A program made the translations under genes and the position numbers. Positions 1-8,377 of a stretch of DNA of 32,000 bases are shown in pieces (the first letter of the stretch is position 1; every line of letters starts with the position of its first letter). This DNA comes from Ktedonobacterales bacterium (GTDB lineage: Bacteria > Chloroflexota > Ktedonobacteria > Ktedonobacterales > JADMIN01), in contig DASVZK010000049.1 in the NCBI GenBank assembly GCA_036391685.1, forward strand, positions 1 to 32,000, given 5' to 3'. Under the pieces are notes generated by a model. The model did not search any database and was not told the origin of the DNA. It worked only from the letters and a program-made list of their open reading frames with translations.

Positions 1-47
1 CGCCCGCCGCGGGTCCGCCGCCCGCCGCGGGTCCGCCGCCCGCCGCG
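1..47. repeat. 18-bp tandem direct repeat cgcccgccgcgggtccgc (2 identical copies plus an 11-nt partial third), running off the left edge
   Basis: Positions 1-18 and 19-36 are identical. Positions 37-47 repeat the first 11 nt. In frame 3 each unit encodes PAAGPP. Confidence 0.8.
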
Positions 48-146
48 CTCGTTGAGCCCCAGCCGGAGCCGCCCGCGCGAGGAGGGCGAGCGGGAGGACG
101 CGCGCGCGCGTCCGCGCCGTCGGAGGAGCCTCGAGGAGACCACTGA
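3..146 (+). CDS. 3' end of an upstream gene (partial), with a Pro/Ala/Gly-rich tail ...PAAGPPPAAGPPPAALVEPQPEPPARGG...PRGDH*
   Basis: Frame 3 is open from the window edge to TGA at 144-146, which overlaps the rsmD ATG (TGATG coupling). Third codon positions are GC-rich. No homology was recognised, and open frames are common at this GC. Confidence 0.35.
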   Translation, partial: PAAGPPPAAGPPPAALVEPQPEPPARGGRAGGRARASAPSEEPRGDH

Positions 147-751
147 TGCGTGTCATTGCCGGCATCGCCAAAGGCCGCAAGCTCAAGGCTCCCAACACGC
201 CCGATACACGCCCCATCCTCGACCGCGTCAAGACCGCCCTCTTTGATATTCTCGCGGGTGATGTCGTGGACGCGCGCGTGCTCGATCTCTTCGCGGGCGC
301 GGGACAGGTGGGCATCGAGGCGCTGAGCCGCGGCGCGGCGTCGGCGACCTTCATTGAATTGAGCCCGGCGGTGGCCCAGATCGTGCGCGAGAACCTGGCG
401 CACACCAAGCTGGATGCGAGCGCGGAGGTCGTCCGCGCCGACGCGTTCAGCTTCCTGCGCACAGCGCGCGTCCAGCGGCGTATCTACGACCTTGTCTATG
501 TCGCGCCACCACAATACAAGGGCATGGCGGCCCAGGCGCTGTCCATCCTCGACCGCGAGCCGCTCACCGAACCAGGTGGCCTGGTCATCACCCAGACGCA
601 TCCCCGCGAGCGCGCCGACTTTGAGGAGTTGGCGCTAACGCGTCTGCGGCGTTACGATGAACGGGTGTACGGCAGCACGCTGCTCCTCTTCTATGAGCAC
701 ATCGAGGAGCCGGCGGACGCCGTGGAATCCGAGCGCGTAGGCGGGGCGTAA
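146..751 (+). CDS. rsmD: 16S rRNA (guanine966-N2)-methyltransferase RsmD
   Basis: N-terminus MRVIAGIAKGRKLKAP...TRPILDRVKTALFDIL, SAM-binding motif LDLFAGAGQVGIEALSRGA, and a DPPY-like motif VYVAPPQY. All match the RsmD family pattern. Confidence 0.85.
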   Translation: MRVIAGIAKGRKLKAPNTPDTRPILDRVKTALFDILAGDVVDARVLDLFAGAGQVGIEALSRGAASATFIELSPAVAQIVRENLAHTKLDASAEVVRADAFSFLRTARVQRRIYDLVYVAPPQYKGMAAQALSILDREPLTEPGGLVITQTHPRERADFEELALTRLRRYDERVYGSTLLLFYEHIEEPADAVESERVGGA

Positions 752-793
752 GCCGCTCCCCGGCGCGCGTGGCCGACAGGAAGCGTCGCGCTT

Positions 794-1291
794 ATGAGCC
801 GCTCTGGTGGGTTCTCGTTCATTGATGAGGGCGAGGCGGTGCGCCGTCTCGATGTAGACCGCGACACGCTGCTCACCTTCGTGCGCGAAAAGCGCCTGCG
901 CGCCTATCAAGGTGTCGGCAAGGGCGCCTTCTTCCGCCTGGCTGATGTGGAGGCGCTGGCGCGCGACCTGCACGGAGCCGCCGCGGAGGTCGAGGCTGAG
1001 ACAGGGGCCGCGCCCGCGAAGGGCAAGCTCTTCGATCCGGCCTACAAGGTGCACGTGCGTCTGCTCGCTGACCTGAAGTGGTATGACCTGAGTGATGACG
1101 ACCTGCGCGCCTGGGTGCGCGAGATGACCGCCGATGGCTACACCCGCCAGCGCGCCAACATCACGATGGTCGCCGAACGGCTCCAGCGCCTGCTGGCTTT
1201 CATGGATGAGGCCGCCGCGGGCTGGCGTGAGCTCAAGTCCCCAACCACACCATCCGTCCCACGCCCAGAGGCCACCAAGCCGGAAGAATAG
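794..1291 (+). CDS. Helix-turn-helix (MerR/excisionase-type) domain protein
   Basis: N-terminal segment EGEAVRRLDVDRDTLLTFVREKRLRAYQ...FFRLADVEAL resembles the excisionase/MerR-type HTH_17 pattern. ATG at 794 with GGAAG about 10 nt upstream. The C-terminal half is uncharacterised. Confidence 0.55.
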   Translation: MSRSGGFSFIDEGEAVRRLDVDRDTLLTFVREKRLRAYQGVGKGAFFRLADVEALARDLHGAAAEVEAETGAAPAKGKLFDPAYKVHVRLLADLKWYDLSDDDLRAWVREMTADGYTRQRANITMVAERLQRLLAFMDEAAAGWRELKSPTTPSVPRPEATKPEE

Positions 1292-1463
1292 CGCCCCGGC
1301 GCATATGTACACTCCCGCGTTGGTAGCGTTTTGTGACATCCTCAGGGCGCCGTTGTGACCGCTCCGTTACACCGGGAACCTACTGCTATCTAAAGAATCA
1401 GCCGTGCGACCCTCACTCGGTCTGCACGGCGCACACGTTTGGATAGCGATTAGGTGGCGATCT

Positions 1464-2624
1464 ATGCGTGAAGAAGAAGAGCGTCTCAGTGGCGGTGTCT
1501 GGGACGCCTTATCGCGGCGAGGGGTGTCTCGTCGCGATTTTCTGCGATTTTGTAGCGTGATGACCGCGGCGCTCGCGCTTCCCGCGCGCTACACAACTCG
1601 TGTCGTGAAGGCGCTGGAGCAGACGACACGGCCCGCGCTGGTCTGGCTGGAGTTCCAGGATTGCGCGGGGAACACGGAATCAGCGTTGCGCGCGAGCCAT
1701 CCCAGCTTTGCGGATATCGTCCTCGACCTGCTCTCCTGGAATTATCACGAGACGGTCATGACTCCCTCAGGCAAGGCGGCCGAAAAGTCGCTCAGCGACA
1801 CCATCCAAAACTACAAGGGCAAGTACATTGTCGTGGTCGAAGGCTCGATACCCCTGGCGGATAACGGCGTATATTGCACCATTGGCGGGCGCTCCGCGAT
1901 AGACATCGCCAGGGAGGTGTGTGGTAACGCCTACGCGACGATCGCCGCGGGTACCTGCGCGGCGTTCGGCGGCATCCCCGCCGCGGCGGGCGGTGTGACC
2001 GGAGCGGTTAGCGTGGCTCAGGCGATACCAGGCGTAAACCGGCTGGTCAACCTGAGCGCTTGCCCGATGAATGGCGCCAACCTCGCCGCGACGCTCACCC
2101 ACTTCCTGACCTTCCATGAGATGCCCGCTACCGACAGCCTGGGACGGCCGCTTTTCGCGCATGGAGAGCGCATCCACGATCACTGCCCCCGCCGGGCGCA
2201 CTATGACGCCGGCCAGTTTGTGCAGGAGTGGGGCGACGAAGGCCACCAGAACGGCTGGTGTCTCTACAAGATGGGCTGCAAGGGCCCTTCGACCAGCTAC
2301 AACTGCCCCCAGATCCAGTGGAACGACGGGACCAACTGGCCCATCGGCGTGGGACATGGCTGCGTCGGCTGCGCGCAGCCGGGGTTCTGGGATCAGATGG
2401 CGCCGTTCTACCGCACGCTGCCCGCGGTGCCTGGCTTTGGTGTGGAGACGACAGCCACCGAGGTCGGTGTGGGCGTCGCGGCGACGGTCGCCGTGCTCAC
2501 CGCCGCGCACGCGGTCGGCTCCGCCGTGCGCCAGCGACGTCTGTCGCGGGCCGGGGCGGCCACAACCAGCGCGCCCCAGGCGGCGGAGAGTCAGCCGCAG
2601 AGCGGCGAAGGGGGTGAGGCATGA
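1464..2624 (+). CDS. hupS: [NiFe] hydrogenase small subunit, Tat-exported, with C-terminal membrane anchor
   Basis: Twin-arginine signal SRRDFLRFCSVMTAALAL. Fe-S ligand motifs GTCAAFGG, ACPMNG, HDHCPRRAH, GWCLYKMGCKGPSTSYNCP and GHGCVGCAQPGFWD. C-terminal hydrophobic helix VGVGVAATVAVLTAAHAV. ATG at 1464 is preferred over the GTG at 1404 because the Tat motif follows it at the usual distance. Confidence 0.95.
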   Translation: MREEEERLSGGVWDALSRRGVSRRDFLRFCSVMTAALALPARYTTRVVKALEQTTRPALVWLEFQDCAGNTESALRASHPSFADIVLDLLSWNYHETVMTPSGKAAEKSLSDTIQNYKGKYIVVVEGSIPLADNGVYCTIGGRSAIDIAREVCGNAYATIAAGTCAAFGGIPAAAGGVTGAVSVAQAIPGVNRLVNLSACPMNGANLAATLTHFLTFHEMPATDSLGRPLFAHGERIHDHCPRRAHYDAGQFVQEWGDEGHQNGWCLYKMGCKGPSTSYNCPQIQWNDGTNWPIGVGHGCVGCAQPGFWDQMAPFYRTLPAVPGFGVETTATEVGVGVAATVAVLTAAHAVGSAVRQRRLSRAGAATTSAPQAAESQPQSGEGGEA

Positions 2625-4342
2625 CCCGCATCGCAATCGATCCTGTCACCCGCATCGAGGGGCACCTGCGCATCGAGGTCGAGGTGCAGGATGGCGTCGT
2701 CACCGACGCCTGGAGCTCCGGCACGATGTTCCGTGGCATCGAGCTTATATTGCGCGACCGCGACCCGCGTGACGCCTGGGTCTTCGCCCAGCGCATCTGC
2801 GGCGTCTGCACCACCGTCCACGCGCTTTCGTCGGTGCGCGCCGTCGAGGACGCGCTCAAGATCACCATCCCGGAGAACGCGCGGCTGTTGCGCCACCTGA
2901 TCGCCGGCGCGCAACTAGTGCAGGACCATGTCGTGCACTTCTACCATCTGCACGCGCTGGACTGGGTGGATGTGACGCTGGCGCTCAAGGCTGACCCGGC
3001 GAAGACCGCTACGATCGCGCAGTCCATCTCCGATTACCCGAAGTCCAGCGCGACCTATTTCAAGGGCGTGCAGAGCCGGCTGCAGGCCTTCGTGAACACG
3101 GGACAACTTGGCCTGTTCGCCAACGGCTACTGGGGGCACGCAGCGTACAAGCTGCCGCCGGAAGTCAACCTCCTGGCTGTGGCCCACTACCTCGAAGCGC
3201 TCGACTGGCAGCGTGACTTCATCCGCATCCATGCCATTCTGGGCGGCAAGAACCCGCATCCGCAGTCCTACCTGGTCGGCGGCATGGCGACCGCCATCAA
3301 CCTGAACGACGAGGCCACGCTCAACGCCGATCGCTTCGGCCTGCTGGCGCAGCTGATCCAGCGCGGGCAAGACTTCGTGCGCCAGGTCTATGTGCCGGAT
3401 GTCCTGGCGGTCGCCGGCTTCTACAAGGACTGGGCGGCGCTCGGCAGCGGTCTGGGCTCGTACATGGCCTATGGCGACTACCCCTACAGCGTTCCCGGCT
3501 CGGCGGCGGACATCGTCAGCACCTTCTTCTTCCCGCGTGGTCTGGTGCTGAACCGCGACCTGAGCCACGTCTATGACGTGAGCCAGCTCAAGGTGGCGGA
3601 ATATGTCGCGCACTCCTGGTATGACTACAGCAAGGGCGGCTCCGCCAGTCTGCATCCCTGGCAGGGTGAGACGGCGCCCAATTACAGCGGACCGCAGCCG
3701 CCGTTCGATCTCGTTAGCGACCATGAAAAGTATAGCTGGCTGAAAGCGCCGCGCTATGACGGGCATGCCGTCGAGGTCGGGCCGCTGGCGCGCATGCTGG
3801 TGGCCTACGCCAGTGGTCGCGAGAATGTCCAGCAGGCGGTCAATGGCGTGCTGACGGCGCTTGGCGTCGGCCCGGAGGCGCTATTCTCCACACTGGGCCG
3901 CGTCGCTGCCCGCGCCATCGAAGCGCAACTGATGGTCAACCAGCTTCCGACCTGGCTGAGCCAGCTGGAAGACAACATCGGCCGCGGTGACCTGGCGATT
4001 CACGACAACTCCAAGTGGGATCCCAGCACATGGCCGTCCGAGGCGTTCGGCTGGGGTTTCCACGAGGCGCCGCGCGGCGCGCTGGGCCACTGGGTGCATA
4101 TCAAAGACGGCGCAATCGCCAACTATCAGGCGGTGGTGCCGAGCACCTGGAACGCTGGGCCGCGCGACGCGCAGGGACAGCGTGGCGCCTACGAGGCGGC
4201 GCTGATCGGCACGCCGGTCGCCAATCCTGAGCAGCCGGTCGAGATCCTGCGCACCGTCCACTCGTTCGATCCCTGTCTTGCCTGCGCCGTCCATGTCGTT
4301 GACCCCAAAGGGCGCGAATACGCCAACATTCGCGTGGTCTAG
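2621..4342 (+). CDS. hupL: [NiFe] hydrogenase large subunit (group 1-like)
   Basis: N-terminal RIEGH and L1 motif QRICGVCTTVH. C-terminal L2 motif SFDPCLACAVH, followed by a 15-aa tail (VVDPKGREYANIRVV) of the type removed by the maturation endopeptidase. ATGA overlap with the small-subunit stop. Confidence 0.97.
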   Translation: MTRIAIDPVTRIEGHLRIEVEVQDGVVTDAWSSGTMFRGIELILRDRDPRDAWVFAQRICGVCTTVHALSSVRAVEDALKITIPENARLLRHLIAGAQLVQDHVVHFYHLHALDWVDVTLALKADPAKTATIAQSISDYPKSSATYFKGVQSRLQAFVNTGQLGLFANGYWGHAAYKLPPEVNLLAVAHYLEALDWQRDFIRIHAILGGKNPHPQSYLVGGMATAINLNDEATLNADRFGLLAQLIQRGQDFVRQVYVPDVLAVAGFYKDWAALGSGLGSYMAYGDYPYSVPGSAADIVSTFFFPRGLVLNRDLSHVYDVSQLKVAEYVAHSWYDYSKGGSASLHPWQGETAPNYSGPQPPFDLVSDHEKYSWLKAPRYDGHAVEVGPLARMLVAYASGRENVQQAVNGVLTALGVGPEALFSTLGRVAARAIEAQLMVNQLPTWLSQLEDNIGRGDLAIHDNSKWDPSTWPSEAFGWGFHEAPRGALGHWVHIKDGAIANYQAVVPSTWNAGPRDAQGQRGAYEAALIGTPVANPEQPVEILRTVHSFDPCLACAVHVVDPKGREYANIRVV

Positions 4343-4351
4343 GAGGGACGT

Positions 4352-5128
4352 ATGAGCGCGCAGGAGACATCCGCGCCGCACGCGTCGCCTATCGCGGAAG
4401 GCGCGGAAGCGCGGGAGACGCTGTACGTCTGGGATTTGCTGGTGCGAATCGCGCACTGGCTGAATGTGCTGAGCATCGTGGTCCTCAGCGTGACCGGCTA
4501 CTACATCGCCAGCCCATTCATCACCACGCAGGGCGCGGCGACAGACAACTTCCTGATGGGCGCGATCAGGTTCACGCATTTCCTGTTCGCGTTCATCTTC
4601 ACGGTGACGGTGCTCTTCCGCATCTACTGGGCACTCGCGGGGAACCGCTGGGCGGGCTGGCGCCAGTTCATCCCCACCTCCCGGAAGCGGTTGCGCGCGC
4701 TGGGCCGCATGGGGCGCTACTACGCCTTCCTGCGCCCGCGCCCTCCTGCCGTCGTCGGCCACAATCCACTCGCGGGCGCGGCCTACACCGCGATCTACGT
4801 GGTTTTCGCGATACAGATCGCCACGGGTTTCTCCCTGTATGTCCTGCCGGACCATACTGGCGTCCTGCTTTGGCTGTTCGGCTGGATTACGGCGATCTTC
4901 GGCGTCCAGCCTGTGCGGTTGGTCCACGACCTGGCGATGTGGGTGATCATCGCCTTCACAATTCACCACGTCTACAGCGCGGTCCTGATCGATATCGAAG
5001 AGCGCAGTGGACTGGTCTCCAGCATCGTGACCGGCTACAAGTCGCTCACGCCCGAGCATATCGCGGAGGCGCGCGAGAACGACGCCGGCGCAGGACGCGC
5101 GACCATACATGAACAGGAGCGAGGGTAA
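4352..5128 (+). CDS. hupC: Ni/Fe-hydrogenase b-type cytochrome subunit
   Basis: Four predicted TM helices with the HyaC/HupC-type pattern VRIAHWLNVLSIVVLSVTGYYI and conserved His residues. Lies directly after the large subunit, with GGAGGG SD. Confidence 0.9.
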   Translation: MSAQETSAPHASPIAEGAEARETLYVWDLLVRIAHWLNVLSIVVLSVTGYYIASPFITTQGAATDNFLMGAIRFTHFLFAFIFTVTVLFRIYWALAGNRWAGWRQFIPTSRKRLRALGRMGRYYAFLRPRPPAVVGHNPLAGAAYTAIYVVFAIQIATGFSLYVLPDHTGVLLWLFGWITAIFGVQPVRLVHDLAMWVIIAFTIHHVYSAVLIDIEERSGLVSSIVTGYKSLTPEHIAEARENDAGAGRATIHEQERG

Positions 5129-5658
5129 TGGAGACAGAAACAGGCGGCGACCCGTTTGCGCCAGAGGTGGTCGTGATTGGCCTGGGCAACCGGCTGCGGC
5201 GCGATGAGGGCCTGGGCGTCTGCGCGCTGGAGCGGCTGCTGGCGCGCTACAATATTGCGCCCGGTGTGCAGCTGGTGGACGGTGGCACGCTTGGGCTGGA
5301 CCTGCTCGCTTATGTCGAGGGCGCGCGCAAGCTGCTCGTGCTCGACGCGACCCTGACGGACGACGCGCCCGGCGCGCTCATGCGGCTGGTTGGTGAGGAG
5401 GTCCCGGCATACTTCGGCATGGGTGGCTCTTCACACGAGATCGGCCTGCCTGATCTGCTGGCGGTTACCCGCCTGCGCGGGACCGCGCCCGAAGAGGTTG
5501 TGGCGCTTGGTCTGCAGCCGCACACCATCGAGCTGGGATGGGAGCTCTCGCCCGTGGTGGCCAGCCGGATCGATGAGCTGGCGGACGCGGCGGCGAGGCA
5601 GCTGACCGCCTGGGGCTATCCCGCCACGCTGAAAGCCGAGGTGAGCGCGCATGCATGA
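5128..5658 (+). CDS. hupD: Hydrogenase maturation endopeptidase (HyaD/HupD family)
   Basis: VVVIGLGNRLRRDEGLGV, DGGTLGLDLL and SSHEIGLPDLL motifs. Start overlaps the cytochrome b stop (TAATG). Confidence 0.9.
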   Translation: METETGGDPFAPEVVVIGLGNRLRRDEGLGVCALERLLARYNIAPGVQLVDGGTLGLDLLAYVEGARKLLVLDATLTDDAPGALMRLVGEEVPAYFGMGGSSHEIGLPDLLAVTRLRGTAPEEVVALGLQPHTIELGWELSPVVASRIDELADAAARQLTAWGYPATLKAEVSAHA

Positions 5659-6055
5659 GGCGGCGGCGATTCAGGGGGCGGTCAGTGTGGCGCTGGAGCG
5701 TGTCGCGGCGCTGGGCTCGCCCAGAGTGCGGGCGGTGGAGCTAGCGTTAGGCGTTTCCGGGCATATCACTGACGCCATCGCCCGGCAGCAATTCGCCATC
5801 TGCGCGCTCGGCACCCCGCTGGAGACGGCGGCGCTGCGCATCGTCTGGCTGCCGGCTACCTATCAGTGCTTTACGTGTCTGCGCCAGTTCTCCAGTGTTG
5901 AGCCGGCCGAGGGTGTCGCCTGCCCTGAGTGCGGTGGTGTGGCGCTGGAGATCGCGCACGATGACGCCTGCTATATCCAGGCGATCGACGTGGATGGCGC
6001 CGGAGGTGTGGACGGCGAGCCGCTTCTGGCGGACGCGCCGCGGGCCGGATCATAA
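5651..6055 (+). CDS. hypA: Hydrogenase nickel-insertion protein HypA
   Basis: N-terminal MHE nickel motif and a zinc site CFTC...CPECG. Overlaps the hupD stop. Confidence 0.85.
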   Translation: MHEAAAIQGAVSVALERVAALGSPRVRAVELALGVSGHITDAIARQQFAICALGTPLETAALRIVWLPATYQCFTCLRQFSSVEPAEGVACPECGGVALEIAHDDACYIQAIDVDGAGGVDGEPLLADAPRAGS

Positions 6056-6074
6056 AGCGAAAGGAGCGGCGCGC

Positions 6075-6353
6075 ATGTGTCTCGCGACCCCTGGGCGGGT
6101 TATCGCGCTCAACGGCGCGCTGGCGCATATCGAGATCGACGGGCGCGCGGACTGGTACAACGCGCTGGCGACGCCGGAGCTTGCGCCTGGCGACTGGGTA
6201 GTGACCCACGCGCACATGGTCGTTGAGATCATTTCCGAAGCGGCGGCGCTTGATATGCTGGATGCCGCCGCCGAGCTGGACAGCCTGTTCGATGAGCTTG
6301 CCCCCGCTGGCGCCAAAGCGCCGCGAGCGGTGGGCGCGAGCGATGGGGACTGA
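6075..6353 (+). CDS. hypC: Hydrogenase assembly chaperone HypC/HupF
   Basis: Internal start of ORF 5895..6353 giving MCLATPGRVIAL... (the essential N-terminal Cys2) and GDWVVTHAHMVVEI. AAGGAG SD at 6061-6066. Confidence 0.85.
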   Translation: MCLATPGRVIALNGALAHIEIDGRADWYNALATPELAPGDWVVTHAHMVVEIISEAAALDMLDAAAELDSLFDELAPAGAKAPRAVGASDGD

Positions 6354-6439
6354 GCGCGAGGCGCTGGCTATCGCGCTCAGCCTGATCACTCTTCATCCCA
6401 TGTTCTCGCTCAGTGATGAGCTGGAAAGGAAGGTTGCGC

Positions 6440-7453
6440 ATGAGCGCGACACCCGTTTTACCCGCCGCCCCGGCGGCGAAGCGCGCGATTGACCCGCGCG
6501 TTGGCTATTACTTCGCGGCGGCTAACGCCATCATCAGCGGATTCGCGATTTACATCAACAGCCTGGGCGTCAAGATGTTCCATAGCTCGACGCTCTATAC
6601 GACCATGAAGAACAGCGTGGTCGGGCTGGCCTTGCTCCTCCCCTTCTTCTTCCTCGCCGCCAACCGCGCCGAGATCCGGCGCTTGACCGCGCGCCAGTGG
6701 GGTCTGCTGGCGCTCATCGCGCTCACCGGCGGCAGCGTCGCCTATGCGCTCAACTTCCGCGGCCTGCAACTTTCGAATGCAGTGATGGGCTCACTCACCG
6801 ACCACACGCAGTTCCTGCTGGTGGCGGTCCTGGCGGCCATCTTCCTGCGCGAGCGGTTCGGGGTCTGGGTCTGGGTCGCGCTGCTGGTGCTGTTCGTTGG
6901 CCTCTCCCTCGGCATATCCGTCAGCCAGGTACGCTGGTCGGCTGGCGTGCCGCTGCTGATCGCCGCTGCGCTGCTCTTCGCGATTGACTTTGTGATCATC
7001 AAGTACACGCTCGGCGATGTCTCCACCTGGACCGTGATGCTCTTCAAGATGGGCGGAGGCGCGCTCATCCTGATCGGCCTCGTGCTTGGTGGGAGCCTCT
7101 ACCCGCGGTTCGGCGCGTATGTCGCCGCCAAGGGCGCGGCCAGGGAGCTCGCCACGCTGAACGCGACGCAGTGGGGCTTCGTGATCGTCACCGGCCTGAT
7201 CCTGCTGGCCTTTACCATCACCTCGATTCTGGGCCTGCGCCACGCCTCGGCGACGGGTGTCACGGCGATCTCTGCGGCCTCGCCGATCATCACGACCATC
7301 CTCGTCGTGCTGGCGCAGCATGCGCCGGTCGCGCCCGCGCGCCTGCTCGGCCTGGGCCTGATCCTGGCAGCGGCGGTGGTGATCTTTACCCTCGCGCAGC
7401 GCAAGGAGCTCCGGCTCTGGCGGCAGCGGTCGGCGGCCAGCGCCAGCGCGTAG
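6440..7453 (+). CDS. DMT-superfamily (EamA-like) transporter
   Basis: About 10 TM segments in two halves, typical of duplicated EamA domains. ATG at 6440 preceded by GGAAAGGAAGG. Confidence 0.75.
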   Translation: MSATPVLPAAPAAKRAIDPRVGYYFAAANAIISGFAIYINSLGVKMFHSSTLYTTMKNSVVGLALLLPFFFLAANRAEIRRLTARQWGLLALIALTGGSVAYALNFRGLQLSNAVMGSLTDHTQFLLVAVLAAIFLRERFGVWVWVALLVLFVGLSLGISVSQVRWSAGVPLLIAAALLFAIDFVIIKYTLGDVSTWTVMLFKMGGGALILIGLVLGGSLYPRFGAYVAAKGAARELATLNATQWGFVIVTGLILLAFTITSILGLRHASATGVTAISAASPIITTILVVLAQHAPVAPARLLGLGLILAAAVVIFTLAQRKELRLWRQRSAASASA

Positions 7454-7466
7454 GGACGGTGAGCGT

Positions 7467-8255
7467 ATGAGCGGCGAACTCTCTGGCCTAAATGCGGATG
7501 GCGGGCTCGATCTGGCGACCGTGGATGGCGCGATCCTCTTCGGGCGCTATGCGTTCCCGCCGCAACGCCTGGGGTATTGCGGACCGGATGACCATCAGGC
7601 GGTCTTCGACTATACCGTGCGCCAGCGCAGCGATTCCGGCCTGGTCGAGCTGGAGCGGCGCTTCGAGGGCGCGTATCCTTATCTGCGCCTGATCGCCCTG
7701 GCCACCCGGATCGCCAGCCCATTCGACCATCGCGTCGTCGAGGCGTACTGGATTGGCAACGAGACGCTGGAGCGCGTCAGCGAGTCGCCGTTCTACGAGT
7801 CGCTCAGGGAGCGTTTTCAGGGCCGCATGGACAGCCGGACATTTGGCTGGCTGGCCAGCAAGCTCGAGCATGGCGCGCGGCCGCACCACAATTTCCATGT
7901 CTTCGATGTCTACACCAAGGCGGGCCTGATGCGTGACCGCGCGGCCGACATCAGGCTAGAGACGATGGACAATTGCCGGATTAGCTGGGGAACGGTAGTC
8001 GCGGTGGATGGCGCGGAACTGGTCGTCTCGCGTGAGCCGCTGACCCTGCGCGACGGCAAGATCGCGTTGGGTCCGGCGAGGACAACGCGCGTTCTGCGCC
8101 AGATCGAGGGGCAGGGCTTCGTGGAGGACCCACGCCCGGGCGATGCGGTCTCGATTCACTGGAACTGGGCGTGCGAGCGCCTCTCGCCTGCCAGGCTGGC
8201 ATGGCTGCGGGCGAATACCTGCCGCGCGCTGGCGCTGGCGAACCAGACCGTGTGA
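7467..8255 (+). CDS. Conserved hypothetical protein with a HypC-like C-terminal module
   Basis: 262-aa ORF with GC-rich third positions and an ATG start. Its C-terminus C170-RISWGTVVAVDGAELVV...PGDAVSIHWNWA parallels the HypC pattern (C-x4-G-x-V-x3-DG ... GD-x-V-x-x-H-x-x-x-A). Confidence 0.6.
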   Translation: MSGELSGLNADGGLDLATVDGAILFGRYAFPPQRLGYCGPDDHQAVFDYTVRQRSDSGLVELERRFEGAYPYLRLIALATRIASPFDHRVVEAYWIGNETLERVSESPFYESLRERFQGRMDSRTFGWLASKLEHGARPHHNFHVFDVYTKAGLMRDRAADIRLETMDNCRISWGTVVAVDGAELVVSREPLTLRDGKIALGPARTTRVLRQIEGQGFVEDPRPGDAVSIHWNWACERLSPARLAWLRANTCRALALANQTV

Positions 8256-8377
8256 GTGCGACCAGCCGCATGCCGTCCGCCTGCTTGCGCGCGTCGCGCC
8301 CCACGCGTTCCACTTTTCTCTAGAGGCGTGGGACGCGTGGGGCGTTGCGCGTCCGGTCAGTGAAGGAGGCAGGTCGC

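Noticed and set aside
52-246. 64-aa ORF overlapping the rsmD start
   Set aside because: Arg-rich translation in a frame that overlaps the well-supported rsmD gene. The alternative frame 3, which is coupled to rsmD, is the more plausible coding frame for 3..146.
1404-1463. GTG start at 1404 for the hydrogenase small subunit
   Set aside because: It would add 20 residues (MRPSLGLHGAHVWIAIRWRS) ahead of the Tat signal. The ATG at 1464 places the SRRDFLRF motif at the usual distance from the N-terminus. The longer form is not excluded.
2621-4342. High-affinity group 1h/5 (atmospheric H2) hydrogenase, as found in many Chloroflexota and Actinomycetota
   Set aside because: The small subunit has a Tat signal and a C-terminal anchor, a cytochrome b gene follows, and the L1/L2 motifs (RICGVCTTVH, DPCLACAVH) are of the classical group 1 membrane-bound type. 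The subgroup cannot be assigned without a classifier.
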